Part shown: in pieces, positions 9,574 to 19,300 of the stretch
Position numbering within the stretch: position 1 is the stretch's first letter
Layout of the letters: every line of letters begins with the position of its first letter
DNA from: a virus
Lineage: Duplodnaviria > Caudoviricetes
Strand: one strand, 5' to 3'
Virus record (IMG/VR): IMGVR_UViG_3300005282_000001
Coordinates: 12,576-76,575 of that record
DNA: 64,000 bases
The notes under the pieces: model-generated
The model's database searches: none
Told to the model about the DNA's origin: nothing
The model's input: the letters and a program-made list of their open reading frames with translations, nothing else
Made by a program: the position numbers and the translations under genes

Positions 9574-11586
9574 GTGTCAGTAGTAAGTACATTGAAATCC
9601 CGTGATTTATATGAATTCATCCAAGGGAAATATCCACAGGATGAATTCGTGAGATTCTCAGATGGAACATATAGATCCTCATGTGCAATCCACGGGGGAA
9701 CCAATGAGAGTTCATTTGCAATATTCCCAGATAACTCATGGTATTGCTTTAGTTGTAACGCTGGTGGAAACATCATAGATTACCTTATGGAACGTGAGAA
9801 TCTATCATATTCTGGTGCAATACAGCAGTTGTGCCAAGAGTATTCCATTGATTTATCACAAGATTCAACATTTGCACAACAACAGAGCATCGCACAGAAG
9901 TACGAAGGATGGTGCAGGACCTATGAGAAGGATGTAGCGAAATGCGAAGAATATCTCATGAAGAAACGTGGGTTAACTAAAGAGACAATTCAGCAGTTTC
10001 GCCTAGGTTGGTCCGATAGAAGTCATGCGATAACCATACCAATGTTCGATGTAAATTCAAGAGAAATCTGTGCATATGGCTATAGATTCTTTGAGGGCAA
10101 AGCGAAATACAAGAATACTAATAATATTCCTGGTGTATTTACCAAAGGTGAATATCTGTATAACCTTGATAAATGCTTAGGACTTATGAGGAAACAAAAG
10201 AAGCTCTATGTATGCGAAGGACACTTTGATTCAATCGCAGGAATACAGATGGGATATCCAACGGTTGCATACTGCGGTATTTCCTTAAGTAAGAATCATA
10301 TAGAGTCCATAAGAATGCATACGAACAGAGTTGATGGATTCCAAGTGATTATCATACCAGATAACGATGGGAAAGCCTCAAAATTTGTCACAAGAGCTCG
10401 TGAGTTATTTCAGAAGCATTATCCACAGGCATCTGTAAAGGTGCTTGAGATTAACGACGGTGAACTGAAGGATACTAATGATATTCTATTGGCTGGCAAG
10501 ACATTCGCTGATTTCCCTGTATATGACATTGACATCTATTGTGCTCGTGAGATTATCAAGGATCATCCAGATGATATCCAAGCGCAACAAAAGAAAATCG
10601 AAAGTTATGCCAAGACAATTACCAATCCACTTACTAAGGCTGACCTTGCGGAATTACTTTCGGAAACATGGGGAAAATCAGCAGATGTCGTCAAGGAGTT
10701 TTTAAGAGTTTCTGATGTGAATACCGAAGATGAACTCATGAGCGACTTGAGTGATATTAATGAGTGCTTCAGGGCTTTTGATGAATCATTAGATGAAGAA
10801 GAGATTACCTTTGGATATCCTACGCTTGACGCTAATGTTACCATGAGGAGATCATGGGTTACTGTGCTGGGAGCCTATAGCTTCTCAGGAAAAAGTCATA
10901 TGTTAGTCGATTGGGTGCTCCATTGGACTATCCGGTTACACAAGAGGGTTCTGCTGTTTTCTCTTGAGATGACCAAAAGTGATATCCTTGAGGTTATCAT
11001 AGCGAAAGTTATGAAGATTCCTCAGTATACCGTGAAGGACTTCTGTAAGACTAAGGATGGCTCTAAGGTATTTTCTGATGTATCCGATAAGATTGGCAAG
11101 TACCTCTATGTAGTCGATAAGAACTCCTTAAGTATCACAGATATCGACAAGTATGTACAGATATTCAACTTGAGGAATCCAGATGAACCTCTTGACATTG
11201 TTGCGGTGGATTACTTTGGATACCTAGCGCACTGTGATACTTTTGAGGAACAGTCGAGTACCGCAAGGAAAATGAAGGAGATTGCTAAGAAGAACAACAT
11301 TGCATTTGTCATGTTATCGCAGTTCAACAAGGAGTCTCAAAAGGGTAACATGGAACCTACACAGAATGCACTCAAGGGCGCAGGTGACATTGGGGCATCT
11401 GCGGATATCATAATACTCATATGGAGACCTGTGATATCCAATCCACCCGAAAGTGAAATCGATAGAGAAGCCATAAAGTATCTTACGAAACTAAAGGTTG
11501 TTAAGGCTCGCAAGGGACTCAAGAATAACCAAGATAGACTAGAGTTGACATATGATCCACAAACGAGTAGACTAGAGGAGAGATAG
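9574..11586 (+). CDS. Primase-helicase (Zn finger + TOPRIM + DnaB-type SF4 helicase)
   Basis: CAIH...WYCFSC, CEGHFD, PDND, GAYSFSGKS Walker A, VAVDY Walker B, MLSQ, GAGDIGASADII. Confidence 0.93.
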   Translation: MSVVSTLKSRDLYEFIQGKYPQDEFVRFSDGTYRSSCAIHGGTNESSFAIFPDNSWYCFSCNAGGNIIDYLMERENLSYSGAIQQLCQEYSIDLSQDSTFAQQQSIAQKYEGWCRTYEKDVAKCEEYLMKKRGLTKETIQQFRLGWSDRSHAITIPMFDVNSREICAYGYRFFEGKAKYKNTNNIPGVFTKGEYLYNLDKCLGLMRKQKKLYVCEGHFDSIAGIQMGYPTVAYCGISLSKNHIESIRMHTNRVDGFQVIIIPDNDGKASKFVTRARELFQKHYPQASVKVLEINDGELKDTNDILLAGKTFADFPVYDIDIYCAREIIKDHPDDIQAQQKKIESYAKTITNPLTKADLAELLSETWGKSADVVKEFLRVSDVNTEDELMSDLSDINECFRAFDESLDEEEITFGYPTLDANVTMRRSWVTVLGAYSFSGKSHMLVDWVLHWTIRLHKRVLLFSLEMTKSDILEVIIAKVMKIPQYTVKDFCKTKDGSKVFSDVSDKIGKYLYVVDKNSLSITDIDKYVQIFNLRNPDEPLDIVAVDYFGYLAHCDTFEEQSSTARKMKEIAKKNNIAFVMLSQFNKESQKGNMEPTQNALKGAGDIGASADIIILIWRPVISNPPESEIDREAIKYLTKLKVVKARKGLKNNQDRLELTYDPQTSRLEER

Positions 11587-11588
11587 AG

Positions 11589-11774
11589 ATGAGTTATTTT
11601 ATATCATTTAGATATGACAAAGGTAAAGCAGATGGATTCGGTAGGGTTATTTTAGATAACTGCACTGACCCCAATGAAAACACTAGTAAATTCTTAGGTG
11701 AGGCAGAAAGATATATCGAAGATACCGGTGGATATACAAATGTAATCATTATCAACTACAAAAGAGCATACTAA
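11589..11774 (+). CDS. Hypothetical protein
   Basis: Small ORF tightly spaced in operon. Confidence 0.55.
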   Translation: MSYFISFRYDKGKADGFGRVILDNCTDPNENTSKFLGEAERYIEDTGGYTNVIIINYKRAY

Positions 11775-11794
11775 AGAATACTGGAGGTTATATA

Positions 11795-11986
11795 ATGGGA
11801 CATAAGGAAATCTTAGAAACACTCAAGTTAATCCAGCAGGGTTCAACGGTATTCACAAGAAATCAAAATAAAGCCATAGAAGCCATGTGGCGCAGAGGGT
11901 TACTATGGAAAGATGTGGGTACTGGGGAGTTACATGTGAGTGACAAAGGGAAAGAAGTTATGAGAGAACTGGAGGGAATGATGTAA
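11795..11986 (+). CDS. Hypothetical protein
   Basis: GGAGGT RBS, small ORF. Confidence 0.6.
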   Translation: MGHKEILETLKLIQQGSTVFTRNQNKAIEAMWRRGLLWKDVGTGELHVSDKGKEVMRELEGMM

Positions 11987-12651
11987 TGGAAGAACAGGAT
12001 ATAACTGGTCAGAGATTTGGTAGATGGCTGGTAATCAAAAATGATATTTCTAAAAGACTGTATTGGATTTGTAGGTGTGATTGTGGAACTGTAAAGTCAG
12101 TATATGGAGGAAATCTAAGATTAGGTAAGACAAATTCATGTGGGTGTTTATTCAAAGAAATTAACAGTATGGTCCATAAAACTCATGGGAAACGGCACGA
12201 TCCTATATATAGCGTATGGGCTGGTATTCTTAGAAGATGTAGAAATAAAAACGATAGTCATTATAGTTTCTATGGAGGAAGAGGAATAAAAGTATGCGAT
12301 AGATGGAATGACTTTATCAACTTCTATGAAGATATGAATAATGGATACAAGAAAGGTTTGCAAATAGATAGGATAAATACAAATGGCGATTATACACCAT
12401 GTAATTGCAGATGGGTAACCCCTAAGCAAAACTCGCAAAATAGGAATAGTAATGTTTTTATTACAATGAATGGTAAAAGAATGGTCCAAATAGAATGGGC
12501 TCGACATTTAAAAGAACACCAGTCAACAATTAGTTTATTCTGTAAAAAACACAGAGAAGATAGTGACATTTTAATAGAAGGGGGCTCATTTGATAATACA
12601 GACACACATAAAGAGCTAATAAAAGAAATAGCGAGGGTTACAAATGGTTGA
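11986..12651 (+). CDS. Free-standing HNH homing endonuclease
   Basis: WICRCDCG...SCGC, YGGRGIKVC, QIDRINTNGDYTPCNCRW; same family as 6876 and 54685. Confidence 0.9.
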   Translation: MEEQDITGQRFGRWLVIKNDISKRLYWICRCDCGTVKSVYGGNLRLGKTNSCGCLFKEINSMVHKTHGKRHDPIYSVWAGILRRCRNKNDSHYSFYGGRGIKVCDRWNDFINFYEDMNNGYKKGLQIDRINTNGDYTPCNCRWVTPKQNSQNRNSNVFITMNGKRMVQIEWARHLKEHQSTISLFCKKHREDSDILIEGGSFDNTDTHKELIKEIARVTNG

Positions 12652-13483
12652 CATTATTTGTGACGCTGACACCGTGATCTACAGAGCAGCGTCCTCATGT
12701 GAACACAAGGTAGAATGGGGAGGTTTCTACACAATCTACAGTGACCACAAGGAATGTCAGCAGAGATTCATAGCAATCTTTGAGGAAATCATAAGCAACC
12801 TTAGGAAACACAAGAAACTCACGACCTACAGCGTTATCATGTGTGTGTCTGATAAGAAAAACTTTAGAAAACTATTGCTCCCCACGTACAAGGCTAACAG
12901 AAATCCCAAGGACGAACAACTGGAAGCAATAGAGACCGACAGTATTTCTTATGTATCCTACAATAATCCACTAGCAAAGCTAAGAAAACCATCGGGGTAC
13001 ACAAGACTACTCCAATGGGTACGCGAGAATTATCATGTGGTCTGCTATCCGTATCTTGAGGCTGATGACACCTGTTCGCTCCTCAGTAGCCCCACAAGTA
13101 TTCTTGTGAGCATTGATAAGGACTTCTGTACGATACCGAACACATGGTTCTATGACTACCACAAGGACACCTTGAGTTTTAACAATGAGAAATCAGCGGA
13201 TTACTTTTGGTTAACCCAGTGTCTCAAGGGTGATCCTGTCGATGGGTATTACGGAATCGCGAGGTGTGGACAAAAGACTGCTGAAAAACTCTTGGATACC
13301 AACGGTGCTACATGGGAAACTGTACTGGCTGCATATGAGTCCAAAGGTTACACTAAAGAAAACGCTCTTGTGCAATCTCAAGTAGCTCGTATACTTCGCA
13401 AGGGTGAATATAAGGATGGCAAAGTTTTTCTGTGGAATTCAAAAGAAACTATTGACAGCAATGGAGTACGTGAGGTATACTAA
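12644..13483 (+). CDS. 5'-3' exonuclease / RNase H (T7 gp6 / Pol I N-terminal type)
   Basis: DADTVIYR, YKANR, EADD, SIDKD, GDPVDGYYGI..GQKTAEKLL. Confidence 0.9.
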   Translation: MVDIICDADTVIYRAASSCEHKVEWGGFYTIYSDHKECQQRFIAIFEEIISNLRKHKKLTTYSVIMCVSDKKNFRKLLLPTYKANRNPKDEQLEAIETDSISYVSYNNPLAKLRKPSGYTRLLQWVRENYHVVCYPYLEADDTCSLLSSPTSILVSIDKDFCTIPNTWFYDYHKDTLSFNNEKSADYFWLTQCLKGDPVDGYYGIARCGQKTAEKLLDTNGATWETVLAAYESKGYTKENALVQSQVARILRKGEYKDGKVFLWNSKETIDSNGVREVY

Positions 13484-13523
13484 AGGAGTCGAAAAGATAA
13501 CAAGTAAAACTGGAGGAATTCAA

Positions 13524-13742
13524 ATGATTAACAAAACAAAACTTATGAATCTTAAGAATCGCTTGGAAGGACACAACGCAGCATGTGAATCCGTAGGAAC
13601 GCCTTATGTAACCGCAAAGGGTTCATTAGCACTCGCTAAGAAAGCTAGAGAAGACTGGGCGGTTGCTACAGAACAATCATGGACGAAAACACGGTTGCAC
13701 AAGGGGCAACGGGCGAACGAAGAGAGTAGGGAGCGTAAGTGA
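13524..13742 (+). CDS. Hypothetical protein
   Basis: GGAGG RBS before ATG 13524 (MINKTK). Confidence 0.6.
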   Translation: MINKTKLMNLKNRLEGHNAACESVGTPYVTAKGSLALAKKAREDWAVATEQSWTKTRLHKGQRANEESRERK

Positions 13743-14245
13743 TTACCTTATGTATCTCTGGTAAGGCTACCAGCGGTAAATCTACAGCTGCTCAAGTAAT
13801 CCTTGAGAATTTCACATCAAATTCCTTTGCGTTTGGCGATGATGTCAAGAGGATTGCCTATGAATACAGATGGGATGGCAAGAAAGACGCAAGAGGTCGC
13901 AGGTTACTACAGAGAGTCAGTGATATCGGAAGGGAATACGATAGTAACTTATGGGTCGATATAGCCATCAAGAGTGCCAAAGACTTCGCACCATACCCAA
14001 GAGATGCCATATGTATCTTTAGTGACTGTAGATATCCTAATGAGCTTGACAGAGTAAAACAAGAGATGTACAACGTAATTACCATGAGAATCGAAAGAGA
14101 TGGCGTGGAGAAACTTGAGCACTCAAGTGAGACTGCATTGGATTCATACGGTTCATGGGATATTGTGATAGAAAACAATGGAACTCTTGAGGAGTTCAAA
14201 AGTAAAATTATGGAGGCGGTCAAATGTTATCTAAAGAGTTGCTAG
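13739..14245 (+). CDS. Deoxynucleoside monophosphate kinase
   Basis: SGKATSGKST P-loop, RRLLQ, SDCRYPNE, HSSET. Confidence 0.85.
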   Translation: MITLCISGKATSGKSTAAQVILENFTSNSFAFGDDVKRIAYEYRWDGKKDARGRRLLQRVSDIGREYDSNLWVDIAIKSAKDFAPYPRDAICIFSDCRYPNELDRVKQEMYNVITMRIERDGVEKLEHSSETALDSYGSWDIVIENNGTLEEFKSKIMEAVKCYLKSC

Positions 14246-14679
14246 AGAGATTCAAAAGAGGTGAGGTGGTATTCCATACGCCTACACAGGAGATCTTTGA
14301 TAGAGCTGTGGAGGCTGTACAGTCTATTGGACTACCTACTGTTCCCAAATGGATATACGGTAGGAGTGGTGAGCAAACTGGCATAGATTTCACAACAGGT
14401 GAATGCATTGGATATGCATTTGTAGATTATTATAGGGACAATTTTACAGAACTTGAGATTATCACATTGAAGCTTAGCGACTTCAATAGTGAAACAAAAG
14501 AAGTTACACAAGTTATTCCATTGGATATCCAGGAGAAACTTATGAGAATTACGTATTCTATTGCTTACTGCACAAAACTTGAGAGAACTTACGGAATTGA
14601 TTTGGACTTCGGAGGACTGTATGATAAACGCAATGATATTCTAAAGGAACTAGAGGACTCACTTGAAATACACATTTGA
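14224..14679 (+). CDS. Hypothetical protein with module B
   Basis: LERFKRGEVVFHTPTQEIFD resembles LEKFKRERVGFHVDTKEIAD of 5337 ORF. Confidence 0.6.
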   Translation: MLSKELLERFKRGEVVFHTPTQEIFDRAVEAVQSIGLPTVPKWIYGRSGEQTGIDFTTGECIGYAFVDYYRDNFTELEIITLKLSDFNSETKEVTQVIPLDIQEKLMRITYSIAYCTKLERTYGIDLDFGGLYDKRNDILKELEDSLEIHI

Positions 14680-15124
14680 TATAACTCCAGTACCTCAAGG
14701 GCGCCCAAGGTTTGTCAAGAGAGGTAGCTTTGTACAGGCGTATGACCCTAAGACATCTAAGGAGTTCAAAGAGAAACTTAAGAAACTAGCGTTACAGCAG
14801 TCTCCTACGCTGTCTGAGAGAGCCTTAGAGGTATCTATTGTGTTCTACATGGGTATTCCTAAGAGTAAGCCTAAGAAGTGGCGTGAGGATGCTGCCGGAG
14901 GAGAAGAAAAATGTACAGTGCATAAAGACCTGGATAATCTAGGGAAATCAACAATGGATGCCCTAACGGGGATTTTATGGAAGGATGATAGTCAAATTAT
15001 AATGCTTAAGATGCATAAGGTGTACTCAGATAATCCTAGGATAGAAATGGTAGTTGAGGAGGTAAATGGCAAAATTATGGATAATGATAGATGGGACATA
15101 GGTAGCTTAGAGTGGAAACAGTAA
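14663..15124 (+). CDS. rusA: RusA-family Holliday junction resolvase
   Basis: PVPQGRPR, DLDNLGK..MDALTG..WKDDSQI. Confidence 0.92.
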   Translation: MKYTFDITPVPQGRPRFVKRGSFVQAYDPKTSKEFKEKLKKLALQQSPTLSERALEVSIVFYMGIPKSKPKKWREDAAGGEEKCTVHKDLDNLGKSTMDALTGILWKDDSQIIMLKMHKVYSDNPRIEMVVEEVNGKIMDNDRWDIGSLEWKQ

Positions 15125-15828
15125 ATTCCCCTAGACTTTGTTCAGTATGTGGCGATAAATTCTCTTGCTCTTTTAAAGGTATCGATTACTGTAATAAGCA
15201 TTACTTAAGAATGTATTTTAAAGGAACAACAGAGTTAAACCAATATAAAACAAAGAATTCTTATGACATAGATGGTGACGTAGCGTACGGTAAAACAACT
15301 AAGGGAATACCATTTATAATTGACATTGAAGATCTTGAACGATGTAAAGAGCACACATGGTGTAGGGACCCTAGGGGATATTTTGTAGCTAATATAAATA
15401 AAAAGGTAGTAACTATTCATAGGTATATACTTAAAATAGATACATGCGGATTTTCTAATGTGCACGTAGACCATATCAACGGAGACCGTAGTGACAATAG
15501 AAGAGTTAATTTAAGAAAATGCTCTCCTGTTGAAAACTCAAGAAACATTAGGGTAAAGTCAAATAATACATCTGGTTATCCTGGTGTAAAAATTACACCA
15601 AACGGAAGGTTTGTAGCTAAAATAATGGTTAATCGCAAGGAAGTACATGTAGGGACATATAACACTATAGAAGAAGCTATAGATGCTAGAGTATTAGCTG
15701 AAAAAGAGTATTTCGGTGAGTTTTCTCCAACGGTCAGTAGAAATAGAAAATATAACGCTAGTATCCATAAGGAATACTCAGATAACCCAAGAATTGAAAT
15801 GGAGGTACATGAGGTTGACCTCTTATGA
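15112..15828 (+). CDS. HNH-AP2 homing endonuclease whose C-terminus is fused to a second copy of the rusA 3' end
   Basis: VDHINGDRSDNRRVNLR; AP2 NTSGYPGV...GTYNTIEEAIDAR..AE; ends HKEYSDNPRIEMEVHEV. Confidence 0.9.
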   Translation: METVNSPRLCSVCGDKFSCSFKGIDYCNKHYLRMYFKGTTELNQYKTKNSYDIDGDVAYGKTTKGIPFIIDIEDLERCKEHTWCRDPRGYFVANINKKVVTIHRYILKIDTCGFSNVHVDHINGDRSDNRRVNLRKCSPVENSRNIRVKSNNTSGYPGVKITPNGRFVAKIMVNRKEVHVGTYNTIEEAIDARVLAEKEYFGEFSPTVSRNRKYNASIHKEYSDNPRIEMEVHEVDLL

Positions 15829-16021
15829 TACCGAGAATATCCAATTAATTACTAGCGAGGGACATAAGTTATATACCCATGGAAACTCGCTAGAATCTTG
15901 GGTAGGACAGAAGTTGTACATGGGAGACAATTGGTATACTGAGGAAGTTATAGAGGCTCATTGGGTAAACGATAGAATACGAAAGGAGCGTGCATATGAT
16001 AGAGCTAGAGAAACCATGTGA
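15809..16021 (+). CDS. Hypothetical protein
   Basis: GGAGGT RBS inside the duplicated rusA end, ATG 15809. Confidence 0.6.
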   Translation: MRLTSYDTENIQLITSEGHKLYTHGNSLESWVGQKLYMGDNWYTEEVIEAHWVNDRIRKERAYDRARETM

Positions 16022-16286
16022 CTCCATAGATATTCTCAAGGGGTATCTTATGAGAGCTGAAGGGAAACAATGGACACTATACAAGAGAATCTTGGTGACC
16101 CCAAAGGACCCTAAGGAACAGCAGTATTACGAATGGAAGCCTATTGGGTTCTACAGTTTTCTCTCACAGTTGTTCACAAGGGTTACTGATGAAGAACTCA
16201 AGAACTGCAAGAGTATGGAAGAGATACTAGGGAGACTAAAGGAATTACAAAAGTATTTCGAAAAGAAGCTGGAGGTTGACTTATGA
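15996..16286 (+). CDS. Hypothetical protein
   Basis: AAGGAG RBS, ORF in operon. Confidence 0.6.
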   Translation: MIELEKPCDSIDILKGYLMRAEGKQWTLYKRILVTPKDPKEQQYYEWKPIGFYSFLSQLFTRVTDEELKNCKSMEEILGRLKELQKYFEKKLEVDL

Positions 16287-16354
16287 AAGAACAATTGAAG
16301 AAACTATGGGATTGGCTATGGGGAAACAAAAGTGAACCATGCGGTAACATATGA
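16283..16354 (+). pseudogene. 23-aa truncated ORF, duplicate of the start of gene 19745
   Basis: MKEQLKKLWDWLWGNKSEPCGNI* versus MSWFWKAKEEPCGSI; 17 of the last 18 nt identical. Confidence 0.7.
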
Positions 16355-19300
16355 AATCGGGAGGGAACGTATTGGAATCTAATACAAACTTAGGTGGCAA
16401 ATGGTATGACAAGGAAATTGGCAAGGGTATCTTTAGTAAGAAGTACATGCATGAGGATGACAAGGGAGTCGCGGATGTATTCAAAAGGGTTGCTAAGACA
16501 TCCCAAGTAGAAGCAATGGAAGAGCATATGGAGCGTGGGGATATCCTACCAGCAGGACGCTCGATATACGGTGCGGAATCCAAGGGGAAGTTTAAGGTAA
16601 CTTTGTCAAACTGTTACATTCTTAGGAGTCCTACTGACACCATTGAGGATATATATGACACCAATAAGGAAATGGCTAGGGTATTCTCATATGGAGGAGG
16701 ATGCGGAATCTCCATCAGTAACCTGCGACCTAAGGGGGCTAAGGTTAACAACAGTGCCAAGACATCATCAGGAGCCGTAAGTTTCCTTGAGTTATTCAAC
16801 AGTACAGGTGATGTCATCGGGCAGAATGGTAGACGTGCAGCAATCATGGTAATGCTTGATTGTTCTCATCCGGATCTCTATGAGTTCCTCAAGATTAAAC
16901 AGACGAATCACAAGTTGGAATCCATGAATATTTCCATTAAATTTACAGATGAGTTCATGGTTGCTGTTAGGGATAACACAGAGTATACCTTACGATTTGA
17001 TGTAGAGTCCACAGGGGAACATATAGAACGAACTATTGATGCTCGTAAGTTCTTTGAGGAGTTCTGTGAGACGAACTGGGATTTTGGAGACCCTGGAGCT
17101 TGTTATATAACCCCTGTGAGAGACTATAACTTGCTAAGTAGATATCCGGAGTACCAAATAGACTGTAGTAACCCATGCGTAACTGGTGATACTATTGTAA
17201 TGACAAGAAATGGTTATGAACCAATAGTAAAACTAATTGATAAACCTTGTGACATTTGGAATGGATATGAGTGGAGCACTGTTATCCCTAAGGTAACTGG
17301 TCGCAATCAAAAAATGCTGAAGGTATCGCTGTCAAATGGGATGTCATTGGATTGCACAAGATATCATAAGTTTATTCTTAAGGATGACAGCAGGGTAAAA
17401 GCAGAAGAACTAACTGTTGGCGATAAGTTGTCCAAGTGGGATTACCCAGTAATCACCGGTGATAATAGTAGCTTGTATGAGGGTAAAGTAAATCCCTACA
17501 TGAACGGATTTTATAGCGGCGACGGAACAAAAAATAGAAGCGAAATAGTGGTTTACGCTGACAAGAGAAAACTAATAGATAAACTTGAACCATTAAGAGT
17601 TCTACCGTATGATGGGTTTTCTAAAGTTATTCTATCGGAAGTGCCGATTGGAAAATCATTCGTACCTACTGTTTCTGAATCCATCTCTTTTAGATTGAAA
17701 TGGCTAGCTGGGCTTATCGACTCAGACGGATGTAAAAATGATGAGACTGGCAGCATAGCTATATCAAGTATAGATAGAGAATTTATTGGAAATGTTCAGC
17801 TAATGTTGTCTACAATGGGTTGCCATTCATCTATAGCAAAAATGAGAGCTGCTGGAAAAAAACTTCTGCCTAAGAATGATGGATCTGGTGAATACGGAGA
17901 ATACTATTGTCAAGATTGCTATAGGATAGTTATAAGTTGCTTTTATGTTAAGAAATTATTAGACATTGGTTTAGAATTGTTTAGAGTAGAGGTTAATCCT
18001 CATCCAAACAGAGACGCTGGCAGATTTGTTTATGTAACAAAAATAGAGAAGATTGAAGATGAATCAATTGTCTATTGTTTTGACGAACCAATCAATCACT
18101 CAGGTATATTTAATGGAATTATGACAGCACAGTGCTCAGAATTTTTTGGAAATGCTGGCAACAGCTGTAACTTGACAAGTATCAACTTGTACAACATTGT
18201 ATCACATCCGTTTACTAAGGAAGCTAAAGTAGACTATGGGAAACTTAAACAACTCGTAACAACTTCAGTTGTAGCTCTTAACAATATCTTAGATTACGGA
18301 TATGAACTACAGCCACTTGAGATTAACCGTGAGTGTATCAAGGATTGGCGTTCAATTGGCTTGGGAGTTATGGGTATCTCAGATATGTATGTGGCTCTTG
18401 GGTTGCGCTACGGTTCAGAAGAAGCTAATGGGTTGACAGAGGATGTATTCCATGTTATACTCAAGGAGTCGATAAGAGCTTCTGCAATGCTCGCGAGTAA
18501 ACATGGGACATTCGGGAAGTACAACTGGAAGAAAACTAAAGAGTCTCCAATGATGAAACTACTGGAAGGAACTGAAGAATACCGACTGGTACAGAAGTAT
18601 GGCTTACGTAACGGTACATTGCTTTCCATTGCACCAACAGGCTCCATTGCAACAGCCATTGGAGTATCAACAGGCATCGAGCCATTCTTTAGAGTATCTT
18701 ATGAACGTACAACACATTCCATGGAGGGTGAAGGGAAAACTTTTGTGGTCCACTCGAAATCTGTAGAAGACCTATTGAGATTCCATGGATTGCCACAAGA
18801 TATGCCAGTGGAATCCATTAAGGAACGCTTCCCGTTTGTTGTGGATACTGATGATATCGCACCATCGGACCGTGTGAGGACTCAATCGGTAATCCAACAG
18901 TACGTTGACAATGCCATCAGTTCTACAGTGAACCTTAAGGAATCTGCGACACCTCAAGATATCTTTGAGATTTACATGGCAGCATGGAAGGGTAAACTCA
19001 AGGGTATTACAGTGTTTCGCGATGGATGTGCCAGAGGTAATATCTTGGGAGTCAAGAAGGATAAACCGAAGTTACGCCGCAGAGATATCCATAAGATTAA
19101 CGGTAGCACATTCAAGAAGAGTTCCTCATGTGCTCAATCGATGTACGTAACAGTCAACAGCATTGACCAAGGGACTCCATTTGAAATCTTCACAAACTCC
19201 TCTGGTGGTTGTGCAAGTAACATTGGTACCATAACGAGACTTACGTCACTTGCGTTACGCCATGGGGTATCAGCAGAGTCAGTCATAAGGGAACTCAAGG

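Noticed and set aside
11942-12639. Third target-end duplication around the 11986 HNH (DKGKEVMRELEGM vs DTHKELIKEIARV)
   Set aside because: Similarity is only conservative over 13 codons and could be chance for amphipathic helices; needs empty-allele comparison.
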